A stretch of DNA of 64,000 nucleotides from an uncultured Granulicatella sp. (GCF_963515095.1 NZ_CAUPXD010000003.1:7568-71567); one strand, 5' to 3'. Positions 20,177-30,915 are shown, counted from the stretch's first letter. The notes: generated from the sequence alone by a model not told the origin. Translations and numbers: made by a program.

Positions 20177-20190
20177 AAGAGGTAACTAGA

Positions 20191-20487
20191 ATGACAAAAA
20201 CAATTATTTTAGCCTGCGTTGGCGGATTAACAACAAGTATGTTAGTAGAAAGAATTCATGAAGTAATTTATCGTGATAAATTAGATTATTCTTTCTACTC
20301 AGTAGGAATTACAGGTGTTGATAATTTAAAAAATGTAGATGTTCTACTATTATCACCTCAATTAGCTTATCTTGAAGAAAAAGCAAAAGCAAACCTTGAA
20401 ATTCCAGTTGCAGTTATTTCAGATGAAGATTTTGAAAATATGCGTGGAGAAGAAGTTCTTAAACAAGGTATTGAATTATTAGGATAA
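20191..20487 (+). CDS. PTS lactose/cellobiose-family IIB
   Basis: LACVGGLTTSML loop with Cys; LLSPQL. Confidence 0.85.
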   Translation: MTKTIILACVGGLTTSMLVERIHEVIYRDKLDYSFYSVGITGVDNLKNVDVLLLSPQLAYLEEKAKANLEIPVAVISDEDFENMRGEEVLKQGIELLG

Positions 20488-20491
20488 ACTT

Positions 20492-20863
20492 ATGAGTGAT
20501 ACTAAAAAAGCAGAAACAGGACGATTGATGCAACTCATAGTAAAAAGTAGTAAAGTGACAACTTTAGCAATGCAATCCATGAAGAGTGCTCTTGCAGGTG
20601 ATATATCATCTGCAAGAGAATTACTCGATGAAGCGAAAGTTAAAGGAGTAGAAGCTCACAATATTCAAACAGAAATGATTCAACTAGAAATTAAAGGAGA
20701 AGCAAGTGCTCCAACATTACTAGCTGTACATGCACAGGATCACTTTATGAATAGTCACTTACTCGTCGAAATGGTTGGCATCGTCATTGAACAACAAGCA
20801 CAAATGAAAGCGCTCCAAGAGCGCGTTAACAAACTGGAACAGGTAGGTGAAACGCATGAGTAA
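20492..20863 (+). CDS. PTS lactose/cellobiose-family IIA
   Basis: AHNIQT and HAQDHFM motifs. Confidence 0.88.
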   Translation: MSDTKKAETGRLMQLIVKSSKVTTLAMQSMKSALAGDISSARELLDEAKVKGVEAHNIQTEMIQLEIKGEASAPTLLAVHAQDHFMNSHLLVEMVGIVIEQQAQMKALQERVNKLEQVGETHE

Positions 20864-22352
20864 TCCAGTTATTCTTGAAATGAAGGGAATCGTAAAAAGC
20901 TTTGGACCAGTAAAAGCCTTAAAAGGTGTAGATTTCGACTTAAGAGCTGGAGAAGTACACGCCCTAATGGGTGAAAATGGTGCAGGAAAATCCACATTAA
21001 TGAAAGTTTTAACAGGGATTCATAAACCAAATGAAGGAACGATTCACTATAACGGAAAACAAGTGGAATATTCAAAACCAAAAGAAGCAATGGATGATGG
21101 TATTGTTATCGTTCACCAAGAATTAAATATGATGAATGATTTAACAGTAGCACAAAATATTTTCATCGGTCGTGAAGAAATTAGTCAAGGTTTCTTTATT
21201 GATGATAATGCTGCAAATAAAAAGGCAAAAGAATTATTCAACTTGTTAAAACTGGATATTAATCCACAAGAAAAAGTGGGTCATTTAACAGTTGGGAAAC
21301 AACAAATGGTTGAAATTGCAAAAGCGTTATCAATGGATGCAAAAGTAATTGTATTTGATGAACCAACTGCAGCTTTAACAGAATCAGAAATCAATGAATT
21401 ATTCGTGATTATTGATGATTTACGTCAAAAAGGTGTAGGAATTACTTATATTTCTCACCGTATGGACGAAATTGCTCGTATTACTGACCGTGTAACTGTT
21501 ATGCGTGACGGTGAATATGTTGGTACAGTAAATACAAAAGACACAACTAAAGATGAAATTATTGCGATGATGGTAGGACGTACAATTTATGAAGATCCAA
21601 AAGCAGCATCAGCAGTAGCAGAAGATGCACCAGTAGTCTTAGAAGTTGAACATTTAAATGCAGGAAGTTCTGTAAAAGATGTAAGTTTTGTATTAAGAAA
21701 AGGCGAAATCTTAGGATTCTCCGGTTTAATGGGGGCAGGTCGTACAGAAGTAGCACGTTTACTGTTTGGTGCGGATAAAAAAGATAGCGGTACCATTAAA
21801 GTTAATGGTAAAGAAGTTGATATTAAATCACCTCAAGATGCTATTCGTGAAGGTATTGGATACTTGTCTGAAGACCGTAAACGTTATGGATGTATCGTGG
21901 ATATGACAATTGCTAATAATACAGTAATGACAAACTTAGATAAGTATGTACATGGTGGTTTAATTAATGATGCAGAAATTGTTACAGCAAGTGATAAATT
22001 TGTTAAATCATTAAGAACTAAGACACCATCCTCAAAACAATTAGTTCGTAACTTATCAGGTGGTAACCAACAAAAAGTTGTTATCGCAAAATGGTTAGAA
22101 CAAGATAGTGATATTTTAATCTTTGATGAACCAACTCGAGGAATTGACGTTGGGGCAAAAAGTGAGATTTATACATTAATGAACGAGCTAGTTGCTCAAG
22201 GAAAATCAATCATTATGATTTCTTCAGAATTAACAGAAATACTACGTATGAGTGACCGTATTGTTGTTATGTGTGAAGGTCGTAAAACAGGAGAACTTGA
22301 CATTAGTCAAGCAACACAAGAACGTATCTTAGCTTTAGCTACAGATCGATAA
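20856..22352 (+). CDS. Monosaccharide ABC ATPase (RbsA-like)
   Basis: GENGAGKSTL, LSGGNQQKV, DEPTRGID; two fused NBDs. Confidence 0.95.
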   Translation: MSNPVILEMKGIVKSFGPVKALKGVDFDLRAGEVHALMGENGAGKSTLMKVLTGIHKPNEGTIHYNGKQVEYSKPKEAMDDGIVIVHQELNMMNDLTVAQNIFIGREEISQGFFIDDNAANKKAKELFNLLKLDINPQEKVGHLTVGKQQMVEIAKALSMDAKVIVFDEPTAALTESEINELFVIIDDLRQKGVGITYISHRMDEIARITDRVTVMRDGEYVGTVNTKDTTKDEIIAMMVGRTIYEDPKAASAVAEDAPVVLEVEHLNAGSSVKDVSFVLRKGEILGFSGLMGAGRTEVARLLFGADKKDSGTIKVNGKEVDIKSPQDAIREGIGYLSEDRKRYGCIVDMTIANNTVMTNLDKYVHGGLINDAEIVTASDKFVKSLRTKTPSSKQLVRNLSGGNQQKVVIAKWLEQDSDILIFDEPTRGIDVGAKSEIYTLMNELVAQGKSIIMISSELTEILRMSDRIVVMCEGRKTGELDISQATQERILALATDR

Positions 22353-22370
22353 TTGAAGAGGTGTATAAAT

Positions 22371-23354
22371 ATGGAAGAGAGAAACTCCATCTGGACTAAA
22401 CTAGTAAAAACAGTTGGGCTACAAAAATTAATCGCAATAATCGCATTGATTGTTATTTTCGGATTTTTTGCAATCTCAAGTGAATCATTCCGTTCATTTG
22501 ATACAGCAGTCAGCATCTTAGATGCATCTTATTACATTGGGTTTTTAGCTATTGGGGTAACATTCGTTATTATCACTGGTGGGATTGACTTATCTATCGG
22601 TACTGTAATGATGTGTGCTGCTATTACTGGTGGTGTGCTCCATACAAAAATGGGTTGGCCTTTATGGTTAGCACTTTTAGCAATTTTAGTGATTGGAGGT
22701 GTATTCGGATTATTCAACGGAGTATTAATTGCGAAATTTGGTTTACCACCATTCATTGCAACACTTGGTACAATGATGATTTCACGTGGTTTAAGTTCAA
22801 TCGTATCTAATGTACAAAGTATCACTTTCCCATTACGTGGAACTGGTGAAGGTTGGTATAAAGATTTATTCAGAACGCAAGATAATCTTCCAACAGGGTT
22901 GATTGTACTGATTGTTGTAGCACTTTTAGCAGCAGTTGTATTAAATAAAACAAAAGTTGGTCGTTACATTTTCGCAATTGGTTCTAACAAAGAAGCTACA
23001 AGACTTTCTGGGGTTAATGTTATCAAATGGGAAGGTACAGCGTATGTTATTAGTGGATTATTAGCTGGTTTAGCTGGTATCGCATATGCAGCAACTTACT
23101 CAACAATTCTTCCTGGTACTGGTAACGGTATGGAACTTGATGCAATCGCAGGGGTAGTAGTCGGTGGTACTTCATTAGCCGGTGGTGTTGGTTCAGTAAT
23201 TGGTACAATTATTGGGGTATTCATCATGTCAGTATTGAAGATTGGTTTACCATATATCGACTTACAACCACACTATCAATTATTCATCACAGGATTTGTT
23301 GTAATTGTAGCGGTTTACTCTGATATCTTAATCCGTCAAAACAAGAAAAAATAA
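22371..23354 (+). CDS. Monosaccharide ABC permease (RbsC-like)
   Basis: GGIDLSIG, PPFIATLG, ELDAIA..VVGGTSLAGG. Confidence 0.95.
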   Translation: MEERNSIWTKLVKTVGLQKLIAIIALIVIFGFFAISSESFRSFDTAVSILDASYYIGFLAIGVTFVIITGGIDLSIGTVMMCAAITGGVLHTKMGWPLWLALLAILVIGGVFGLFNGVLIAKFGLPPFIATLGTMMISRGLSSIVSNVQSITFPLRGTGEGWYKDLFRTQDNLPTGLIVLIVVALLAAVVLNKTKVGRYIFAIGSNKEATRLSGVNVIKWEGTAYVISGLLAGLAGIAYAATYSTILPGTGNGMELDAIAGVVVGGTSLAGGVGSVIGTIIGVFIMSVLKIGLPYIDLQPHYQLFITGFVVIVAVYSDILIRQNKKK

Positions 23355-23427
23355 GCGTTAAAAAGTATTGAGTGTTTCAAAATTTTAGTATACATCCAAA
23401 ATGGATAAATAAAAGGAGAGAAATCTT

Positions 23428-24507
23428 ATGAAAAAATCATTGAAATTTGCAATTGCCACTTTTGCTTGTGCTTCTGCAATTTTAGCAGGCTGTTCATCTA
23501 AATCAGGTGGTGGATCAGCATCAGGTTCAAAAGGTGGAGATTTTAAAGTTGAAGTAATTGCGAAAGGTTTCCAACATGACTTTTGGAAAGCAGTTAATAA
23601 AGGTGCTTCAAAAGCAGCAGATGAATTAGGTGCTAAAATTACATTCGTAGGACCTCAAAATGAAACAGCAATTGCTGAACAATTAGAACAATTAAACAAC
23701 GCAATTAATAAAAATCCAAAAGCTATTGCATTAGCAGCTTTAGATACAGAAGCTGAATTAGATGCAATTAAACAAGCTCAAAGCAAAAATATTCCAATTA
23801 TCGGGTTTGACTCAGGGGTACCTGGTGCACCAGAAGGAGCTATTAAAGCAACAGCTTCAACTGACAACCATGCTGCTGGGGGAAATGCTGCAGAAAACTT
23901 ATTCAAATTATTAGAAAGCAAAGTTGGAGATAAAAAAGCTCGTATTGGGGTTGTTTCTCAAGAAGTGAACTCTCTATCAATCACACAAAGAACAAGTGGT
24001 TTCATTGATAAAATGGTTGAATTATTAGAGAAAAAAGGTATTAAAACAGCTGTAGTTGGACATGACAAATTCAAAAACAATGTTGCAGAAGCAGATGCTA
24101 AAGTTGTTATCGAAGTTCGTGTTCCTGCACAAGTAGATGATGCTGCTGGTAAAACAGAAGCTTCAACAGTGTTAGAAAAAGAAGATACTATCGCAATTTA
24201 TGGTTCAAATGAATTTGCTGCTAAAGCAATCATCAACGCAAACGGTGGTTTCAAAGAATCTAAGTTAGGCAAAGATAAAATCTTAGCTGTTGGTTTTGAC
24301 TCAGGTGCTTTACAACAAGACGCTATCCGTAAAGGTGTATTTGTAGGTTCAGTTACTCAAGACCCAGTTCAAATTGGTTACCAAGCTGTTAAATTAGCAA
24401 TTGCTTCAGCTAAAGGTGAAACAGTTAAAGACGTAGATACAGGTTCTAAATGGTATGATGCTTCAAACATCGACAAAGAAGATATCAAAGCATTATTATA
24501 TGAATAA
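23428..24507 (+). CDS. Sugar ABC substrate-binding lipoprotein
   Basis: Lipobox LAGC; FWKAV, GFDS, TQDP. Confidence 0.93.
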   Translation: MKKSLKFAIATFACASAILAGCSSKSGGGSASGSKGGDFKVEVIAKGFQHDFWKAVNKGASKAADELGAKITFVGPQNETAIAEQLEQLNNAINKNPKAIALAALDTEAELDAIKQAQSKNIPIIGFDSGVPGAPEGAIKATASTDNHAAGGNAAENLFKLLESKVGDKKARIGVVSQEVNSLSITQRTSGFIDKMVELLEKKGIKTAVVGHDKFKNNVAEADAKVVIEVRVPAQVDDAAGKTEASTVLEKEDTIAIYGSNEFAAKAIINANGGFKESKLGKDKILAVGFDSGALQQDAIRKGVFVGSVTQDPVQIGYQAVKLAIASAKGETVKDVDTGSKWYDASNIDKEDIKALLYE

Positions 24508-24533
24508 AATTTAAAGAATTTGGAGGAAAAAGC

Positions 24534-26024
24534 ATGAGCTTAATGAAAGTGTTAGCTATTGATTTAGGAGCAAGTTCAGGTCGTGTCATGCAAGCCGTTT
24601 ACAATGGCAGCTCCCTCCAGTTATCAGAGGTTCATCGGTTCAAAAATGAGCCGGTGAATCTTAACGATGGATTGTATTGGAATTTGTTACACCTATTTGG
24701 TGAAATCAAACAAGGAATTAAAAAAGCTTCAAATGATTCTATTCCGATTCGTTCCATTTCTGTTGATACATGGGGAGTGGACTATGCATACTTAGATCAC
24801 AATGGAGATTTGCTCTATCAACCGCATTGCTACAGAGATAATCGAATGGGGCGTTATGAGGAATCGTTCTATCAATTAATTTCAAAAAATGAATTATTTA
24901 AGAAAACAGGAGTTCAACCTGCAACGTATAATACAATCTTGCAAGTTTATTCAGATTTACAAGAAAAACCACAGCTAAAAGAAGTCGTACAAAGAGTTTT
25001 GTTTATCCCAGATTTAATTAATTACTTATTAGCGGGTGTTCTTGCAAACGAATATACAATCGCAAGTACGAGTGGGTTACTCGATGTATTCACACAAGAT
25101 TTTTCAGAAGAAATTTTTGAAAAGCTTGGAATTCCAACCAAATGGTTCTCAAAACCAGTTAAAAATGGATCTGTATTAAGAGATTTATCACCTAGAATTG
25201 TTCAAGAATTAAAAGTTGAACCGTTTAAAGTAATTGCAGGAGCTGGACATGATACAGCAGCAGCAGTTTTAGCAATTCCTTATGAAAATGAAAAAGGTAC
25301 TGTATTTATTTCATGTGGTACTTGGTCATTAGTAGGAATTGAATCTGATAAACCAGTGATTACGGATGAAGCATTTGAATCAGGTCTAACAAATGAAGGA
25401 TGCTTCGATGGTAAATATAGATTACTTCAAAATACAACTGGCATGTGGATTATCCAAGAATTACAACGTGACTGGAGAAGTCAAGGTGAAGAAGTAAGCT
25501 TTGCTGACATGGTACAATTAGCTGAAAAAGTAACGGATAATCAAACATGGATTTATCCAAACGATCCAGTATTTGCTTCACCAGGAGATATGGAAAGTAA
25601 AATTAAAGAGTTTTGTAAAGTAACAGGACAAGCTGTTCCTCAAACAAAAGGACATATTGTACGAATTGTAATTGAAAGTTTAGCATTAACTTATTTAGAA
25701 ACAATTGAACAATTAGAAGACTTAACAAAACAAGAAATGACAACCGTACAAATGGTAGGTGGAGGAATCCAAAACAAACTATTGTGTCAAATTACTGCAA
25801 ACTTCACAAATCGTCTTGTCATTACAGGACCAGTGGAAGCAAGTGCATTAGGAAATATCCTTTCTCAATTATTGACACTAGAAGTGATTCATTCACGTCA
25901 AGAAGCACAAAATCTAATTAAAGCTTCAGAAGTTGTGACTCGTTATGAGCCTCAACCTGTTGAAGGATTTACTAATATTCAACAAAAATTCAAACAAATT
26001 AAGAAAGGAATTTCATCATGTTAA
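24534..26024 (+). CDS. fucK: L-fuculokinase/rhamnulokinase family kinase
   Basis: DLGASSGR, DTWGVDY, YRDNR, HDTA, SCGTWSL; fucose operon context. Confidence 0.85.
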   Translation: MSLMKVLAIDLGASSGRVMQAVYNGSSLQLSEVHRFKNEPVNLNDGLYWNLLHLFGEIKQGIKKASNDSIPIRSISVDTWGVDYAYLDHNGDLLYQPHCYRDNRMGRYEESFYQLISKNELFKKTGVQPATYNTILQVYSDLQEKPQLKEVVQRVLFIPDLINYLLAGVLANEYTIASTSGLLDVFTQDFSEEIFEKLGIPTKWFSKPVKNGSVLRDLSPRIVQELKVEPFKVIAGAGHDTAAAVLAIPYENEKGTVFISCGTWSLVGIESDKPVITDEAFESGLTNEGCFDGKYRLLQNTTGMWIIQELQRDWRSQGEEVSFADMVQLAEKVTDNQTWIYPNDPVFASPGDMESKIKEFCKVTGQAVPQTKGHIVRIVIESLALTYLETIEQLEDLTKQEMTTVQMVGGGIQNKLLCQITANFTNRLVITGPVEASALGNILSQLLTLEVIHSRQEAQNLIKASEVVTRYEPQPVEGFTNIQQKFKQIKKGISSC

Positions 26025-26440
26025 AACAAATTCCTAAAATTTTGAGTCCTGATTTAGTGGCATATTTAATGGAAATGGGTCATGGTGATGAGCTGGTAAT
26101 CGCGGATGCGAATTTTCCAGCTCACCGCATTGGACAACGTGTTGTTCGTATGGACGGACATGGAGTTCCAGTAGTATTAGAAGCAATTCTACAATTATTA
26201 CCATTAGACACATATAGTTCTTACCAAGCAGGACTTATGCAAGTAGTACCGGGAGATACAACAGTTCCAGTTATTTGGGACGAATATAAAAAATTATTAG
26301 AAGAAAGTCATCCAGGTGCAGCGATTAAAGAATTTGAACGTTTTGAGTTTTACGATCAAGCTGAAAAAGCTTATCTAGTCATTCAAACGGGCGAAAGTGC
26401 CTTGTATGGCAATATCATTCTTAAAAAAGGTGTTTTATAA
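26018..26440 (+). CDS. fucU: L-fucose mutarotase (RbsD/FucU)
   Basis: EMGHGDELVIADANFP, ERFEFY, YGNIILKKGV. Confidence 0.93.
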   Translation: MLKQIPKILSPDLVAYLMEMGHGDELVIADANFPAHRIGQRVVRMDGHGVPVVLEAILQLLPLDTYSSYQAGLMQVVPGDTTVPVIWDEYKKLLEESHPGAAIKEFERFEFYDQAEKAYLVIQTGESALYGNIILKKGVL

Positions 26441-26491
26441 ACACTAAAAAACACAAAAAATTAATGAAACGAATTTAAGGGGAGAAACATT

Positions 26492-27643
26492 ATGTCAACA
26501 TTTTATGTACCAGCAATTAACTTAATCGGAAGAGGAGTAGTAAACGAAATTGGTTCTTATGTAAAAGATTTAGGTTACAATAAAGCTTTATTAGTAACGG
26601 ATAAATTTATCCAATCAAGTGAAATTCTTCCTAAAGTTACAAAACCTTTAGATGAAGCAGGGATTGATTATGTTGTATTCTCAGATGTAGAACCTAACCC
26701 AACTTGTAAAAACGTAACAGATGGTGTTAGCGCATTAAAAGAAAATAACTGTGACTTCATTATTAGTTTAGGTGGTGGATCTCCACAAGATGCTGCAAGC
26801 TGTATTTCAGTTATCGCAACAAATGGTGGAAAACCTCAAGACTATGAAGGATTACACAAATCAGCTAAAAAAGGTTTACCAGTAGTAGCGATCAACACTA
26901 CAGCAGGTACTTCAGCAGAAATTACAATTAACTATGTTATTACTGACGAAGAACGTAAAGTTAAAATGGTAATGGTTGATAAAAATAGTTTAGCATTAAT
27001 CTCAGTTAATGACCCAGAATTAATGGTTTCTAAACCAGCTCCATTAACTGCGGCAACAGGTATGGATGCTTTAACTCACGCTGTTGAAGCATTAGTAACA
27101 CCAGGTGCTTATGGAGTAACTAAAAAATTATCAATTGGTGCAATTGAATTAATTAAAGAATACTTACCACGTGCTGTAAAAGACGGTCATGATATCGAAG
27201 CTCGTGAAGGAATGGTAAATGCTATCTTCTTAGGTGGTATGTCATTCAACAACGCAGGTTTAGGTTATGTTCACTCAATGGCTCACCAATTAGGTGCGGT
27301 TTATAAATTACCACACGGTGTATGCTGTGCAATGTTATTACCAGTTATTGAACGTGAAAATGCAAAACGTGTTCCTGCAGCATTCCGTGATGTAGCTAAA
27401 GCTTTAGGATTAGATCCAGCAGGTAAATCAGATGAAGAATGTGCAGCTTATGCTATTAAAGAAATTGAAACATTATCTGAAACTGTAGGTATTCCTAAGA
27501 AATTAACTGAATTAGGAATTGAAGAAAAAGACTTTGATTTCGAATATCTATCTAAAAATGCGTTAATCGATGCTTGTGCACCTGGTAACCCATTCATGCC
27601 AACATTAGAAGAAACAATTGCTTTCTATAAAGAATTATTCTAA
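26492..27643 (+). CDS. fucO: Fe-containing alcohol dehydrogenase, probable lactaldehyde reductase
   Basis: GGGSPQD, DALTHAVE, VHSMAHQLG..LPHG; last gene of the fucose operon. Confidence 0.8.
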   Translation: MSTFYVPAINLIGRGVVNEIGSYVKDLGYNKALLVTDKFIQSSEILPKVTKPLDEAGIDYVVFSDVEPNPTCKNVTDGVSALKENNCDFIISLGGGSPQDAASCISVIATNGGKPQDYEGLHKSAKKGLPVVAINTTAGTSAEITINYVITDEERKVKMVMVDKNSLALISVNDPELMVSKPAPLTAATGMDALTHAVEALVTPGAYGVTKKLSIGAIELIKEYLPRAVKDGHDIEAREGMVNAIFLGGMSFNNAGLGYVHSMAHQLGAVYKLPHGVCCAMLLPVIERENAKRVPAAFRDVAKALGLDPAGKSDEECAAYAIKEIETLSETVGIPKKLTELGIEEKDFDFEYLSKNALIDACAPGNPFMPTLEETIAFYKELF

Positions 27644-27745
27644 TGATTAATAAGTTTTAAATCTTAATGTCCCTTTATAGGGGCATTTTTTAGTTTGAAA
27701 AGCATTTAGAAGTATATTTTGAAGAAACAATAAAAGAGGAAGTCA

Positions 27746-27784
27746 AAAAATATCCTATTTTTAAATAGGATATTTTTGTATAAT
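27746..27784 (+). promoter_or_regulatory. Perfect 15-bp inverted repeat abutting the lyase -10
   Basis: AAAAATATCCTATTT-TT-AAATAGGATATTTTT followed by TATAAT (27779-27784). Confidence 0.6.
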
Positions 27785-27834
27785 ATTCTTATAAGATTAA
27801 TAGATAAAGTTAAAAATTGGAAAGGATAAGTTTA

Positions 27835-30504
27835 ATGAAAAAAAGTAAATTGTATATATTAATATATTGTTTTGTAATGATATTTATTTTAGCTATTGTT
27901 AATTATAAACAAGTATTTTCCGAAAATATAGGCAATCAATTTGTTAATCTTGTAAAAAATGGTACTTTTAAATTTACTGTAACGAACGATGAATTTTTAA
28001 TAAAGCAGAAGGAGAAAATGAATTCTAAGTATACTGAAACAAAAAGTTTTCAGCTTGATAAATCTATTACACTAAATAGTAATAAGCGATGGTTATTAAA
28101 TTCAGACTATACATACAAAATAAGAGACGAACGTATTGCTTCATTGGAGGATGGTTTTGTAGTTCCAAGAAATATAGGGAAAACAGAATTAGTAGTTAGT
28201 TCTCCAGGAAGAAAAGATAAAATAGTAACATTAGTTGTTGAGGAGGATAATCAAACTTTTCTCCAACTCTTACAAAAATGGAATTCGATTATTTTAGGCC
28301 TAGAATATTTTAATACTGACAATAGTCGTATGAATAAAATTTTTGAACAAAATGAAATAGAGATAACAACATATCTTGAAAAAATCCAGAAAGATGATAA
28401 GAAAATTTGGGATGATTTAGCTGATTATTCAAAATCAGCTAATTTAACGAAAACTTATCGTCGTCTTGAACAAATTGCAAAATCAGTTACAAATCCAAAA
28501 TCTAAATACTACAATGATAAGGAAGTCATAAGTACAGTAAAACGTAGTATGAAGTTAATGGAAGATAATTATTATAATGAAAACACTGAATCAAAAGGTA
28601 ATTGGTGGGATTATGAAATTGGTGCTCCAAGAGCTATTAATAATATTTTAACCATTATGAATCAATATTTTAGTAAAGAAGAAATTGTGAAACTATTACT
28701 CCCAATTTCTAAAATGGTACCTGACCCTTCAAAAATAATGGTAAGCCAAAATAGAGGGAAAAAAGCTTTTGGAGGAAATCTTTCTGATTTAGGAAAAGTA
28801 AAAGTTATTGAAGGAATTTTATTAGAGGATAACGAAAAATTAGAAGTAGCGATTAATACTGTGAGTAATGTCTTAGAGGTGGTTTCTGAAGGAGAAGGAT
28901 TTCACTATGATGGTTCGTATGTAGATCACACCAATATAGCGTATACAGGAGCTTATGGAAATGTATTAATAGATGGATTCTCTCAATTACTTCCAATTAT
29001 CCAAACTAGTCCATATAAAATTGAACAAAATAAACTAAAAATTTTATATAACTGGATTCATGAAGGTTTTCTACCGTTAATTTATAGAGGCGAATTGATG
29101 GATATGACCAGAGGAAGATCACTTAGTAGAAAATCCCAATCTGCCCATATTGCTGCAGTTGAAGTATTAAGAGGTATTTTGAGAATTGCTGAAGTAAGTG
29201 AACCATCTGAAAAAAATAAGTTACAAGAAATTGTAAAAAACATTATTCAATCAGATAATTATTATGATACATTCTTATCGTTAAAATCATTCTATGATGT
29301 GTATCTTTTTGAAACTCTTTTATCGAATAATATGGTGGGAGAAATTGAAAGAAATACTTATTTAAAATTGTATAATGATATGAATAAAGTTGCCTACTAC
29401 AATAAAGAACATGGCTTTGCTTTTGGAATTAGTATGCATTCTGATAAGATTCAAAATTATGAGTTTATGAATAAGGAAAATGCCAAAGGATGGTATACAA
29501 GTGATGGCGTTTCTTATTTATATAATGATGACTTGAGTCATTTTAGTGATGATTACTGGGCTACAGTTGATCCGTATAAGTTGCCTGGGATAACAGAAAA
29601 TAATAAAGCAAGAGAAAAAGGTTTAGGAATGACAACAATGAAAAATTCATTTGTTGGTTCTACTTCTTTAAATAAAAAATTCGGAACAGTAGCAATGGAT
29701 TTTTCAAATTTAGATAATACAATGAGTGCTAAAAAATCTTGGTTTATCTTAGGAGACCGAGTAGTATTCTTAGGTTCGGGAGTAAAGGATGCAAGTGGCA
29801 CAAATGGATATACTGTTATTGAAAATAGAAAGATTAAAAGAAATTCTAAAAACTGTAGTATGGAGAAAGAAGATTACAAGGTAATTGTGGATGGTAAAGA
29901 GAAAACAGTAGATAGTAATGAAATGGAATTACAAGCAAATAATATTTTCCTAAAATCTTCCAATAAAGAAATGAATATTGGATACAAATTTTTAAACACA
30001 ACTTCATTAAATCTGAAAAAAGAAACAAGAAGTGGTACTTGGAAAGATATCAATGAAAGTCAAAGTAATAAGAGTGTAGAAAATACATTTTTAAAAATTG
30101 TACAACCACATGATATGGTTAGAAATAGTTATGCCTACGTTCTTTATCCGAATAGAGATGAAAAAGAATTTGCAGAAGAAGTCAGCAGAGAAGAGATTAC
30201 TGTAATTGAGAATTCAGAAACGAATCAAGTTATTTATGACAAACTAAATAATACTTATGGGGTTGTTAAATATGATGATTCTGAGTTGAAATTGGAAGAT
30301 AATCTTATTTTAAAAGAAAAAGGAATATATACTATTCAAAAAGAATTGAATAAGTTAAAAATAGCATTCTTCAATCCTACTAATATTGATGCTCAATTAA
30401 ATGAATTAAAGGTCAGTCAATATGCGTTAAAACAAGTGATTGAACCATCTGTAGAAGATAGAGTAAGGTATTTGACTTATGAATTAAAAATAGTTAAAAA
30501 TTAG
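27835..30504 (+). CDS. Polysaccharide lyase family 8 (hyaluronate lyase-like), secreted
   Basis: Signal peptide; NWWDYEIG, DGSYVDH..AYTGAYG, MDMTRGRS, YWATVDPYKLPG. Confidence 0.93.
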   Translation: MKKSKLYILIYCFVMIFILAIVNYKQVFSENIGNQFVNLVKNGTFKFTVTNDEFLIKQKEKMNSKYTETKSFQLDKSITLNSNKRWLLNSDYTYKIRDERIASLEDGFVVPRNIGKTELVVSSPGRKDKIVTLVVEEDNQTFLQLLQKWNSIILGLEYFNTDNSRMNKIFEQNEIEITTYLEKIQKDDKKIWDDLADYSKSANLTKTYRRLEQIAKSVTNPKSKYYNDKEVISTVKRSMKLMEDNYYNENTESKGNWWDYEIGAPRAINNILTIMNQYFSKEEIVKLLLPISKMVPDPSKIMVSQNRGKKAFGGNLSDLGKVKVIEGILLEDNEKLEVAINTVSNVLEVVSEGEGFHYDGSYVDHTNIAYTGAYGNVLIDGFSQLLPIIQTSPYKIEQNKLKILYNWIHEGFLPLIYRGELMDMTRGRSLSRKSQSAHIAAVEVLRGILRIAEVSEPSEKNKLQEIVKNIIQSDNYYDTFLSLKSFYDVYLFETLLSNNMVGEIERNTYLKLYNDMNKVAYYNKEHGFAFGISMHSDKIQNYEFMNKENAKGWYTSDGVSYLYNDDLSHFSDDYWATVDPYKLPGITENNKAREKGLGMTTMKNSFVGSTSLNKKFGTVAMDFSNLDNTMSAKKSWFILGDRVVFLGSGVKDASGTNGYTVIENRKIKRNSKNCSMEKEDYKVIVDGKEKTVDSNEMELQANNIFLKSSNKEMNIGYKFLNTTSLNLKKETRSGTWKDINESQSNKSVENTFLKIVQPHDMVRNSYAYVLYPNRDEKEFAEEVSREEITVIENSETNQVIYDKLNNTYGVVKYDDSELKLEDNLILKEKGIYTIQKELNKLKIAFFNPTNIDAQLNELKVSQYALKQVIEPSVEDRVRYLTYELKIVKN

Positions 30505-30915
30505 AAAATAAGAGTGAAATAGAAGATATTTCAAAGGCTGTTACGAACAAAAGTAATTCTCAAGAATCAAATGCTATAGTTGTGAGAAAACACATTAATT
30601 AATCAAACGAGGTAGTTACAAATAGTCAAAAGAATAATAGTAATTTTAAAGCTGTCAAAAAGATTACCCTAGAAAAGAGTAATAATGCAAAAATTAATCC
30701 TACAATTATTCTTAAGGCTACAGAGCATTAGAATATAGTGATGAAATTACTTTTAAAGATAGTAGTTATTAAAAAAAGAAATTCATAATTATTCCAGATA
30801 ATACTAGTAAATAATAAATGGTACTAATATTAGATGTAGATTAAAGAATATTATTATCAAAGAAATCATGACTAATCGTAAAAATGGTGGTCATGATTTT
30901 TTGTTAAAATTTTAG

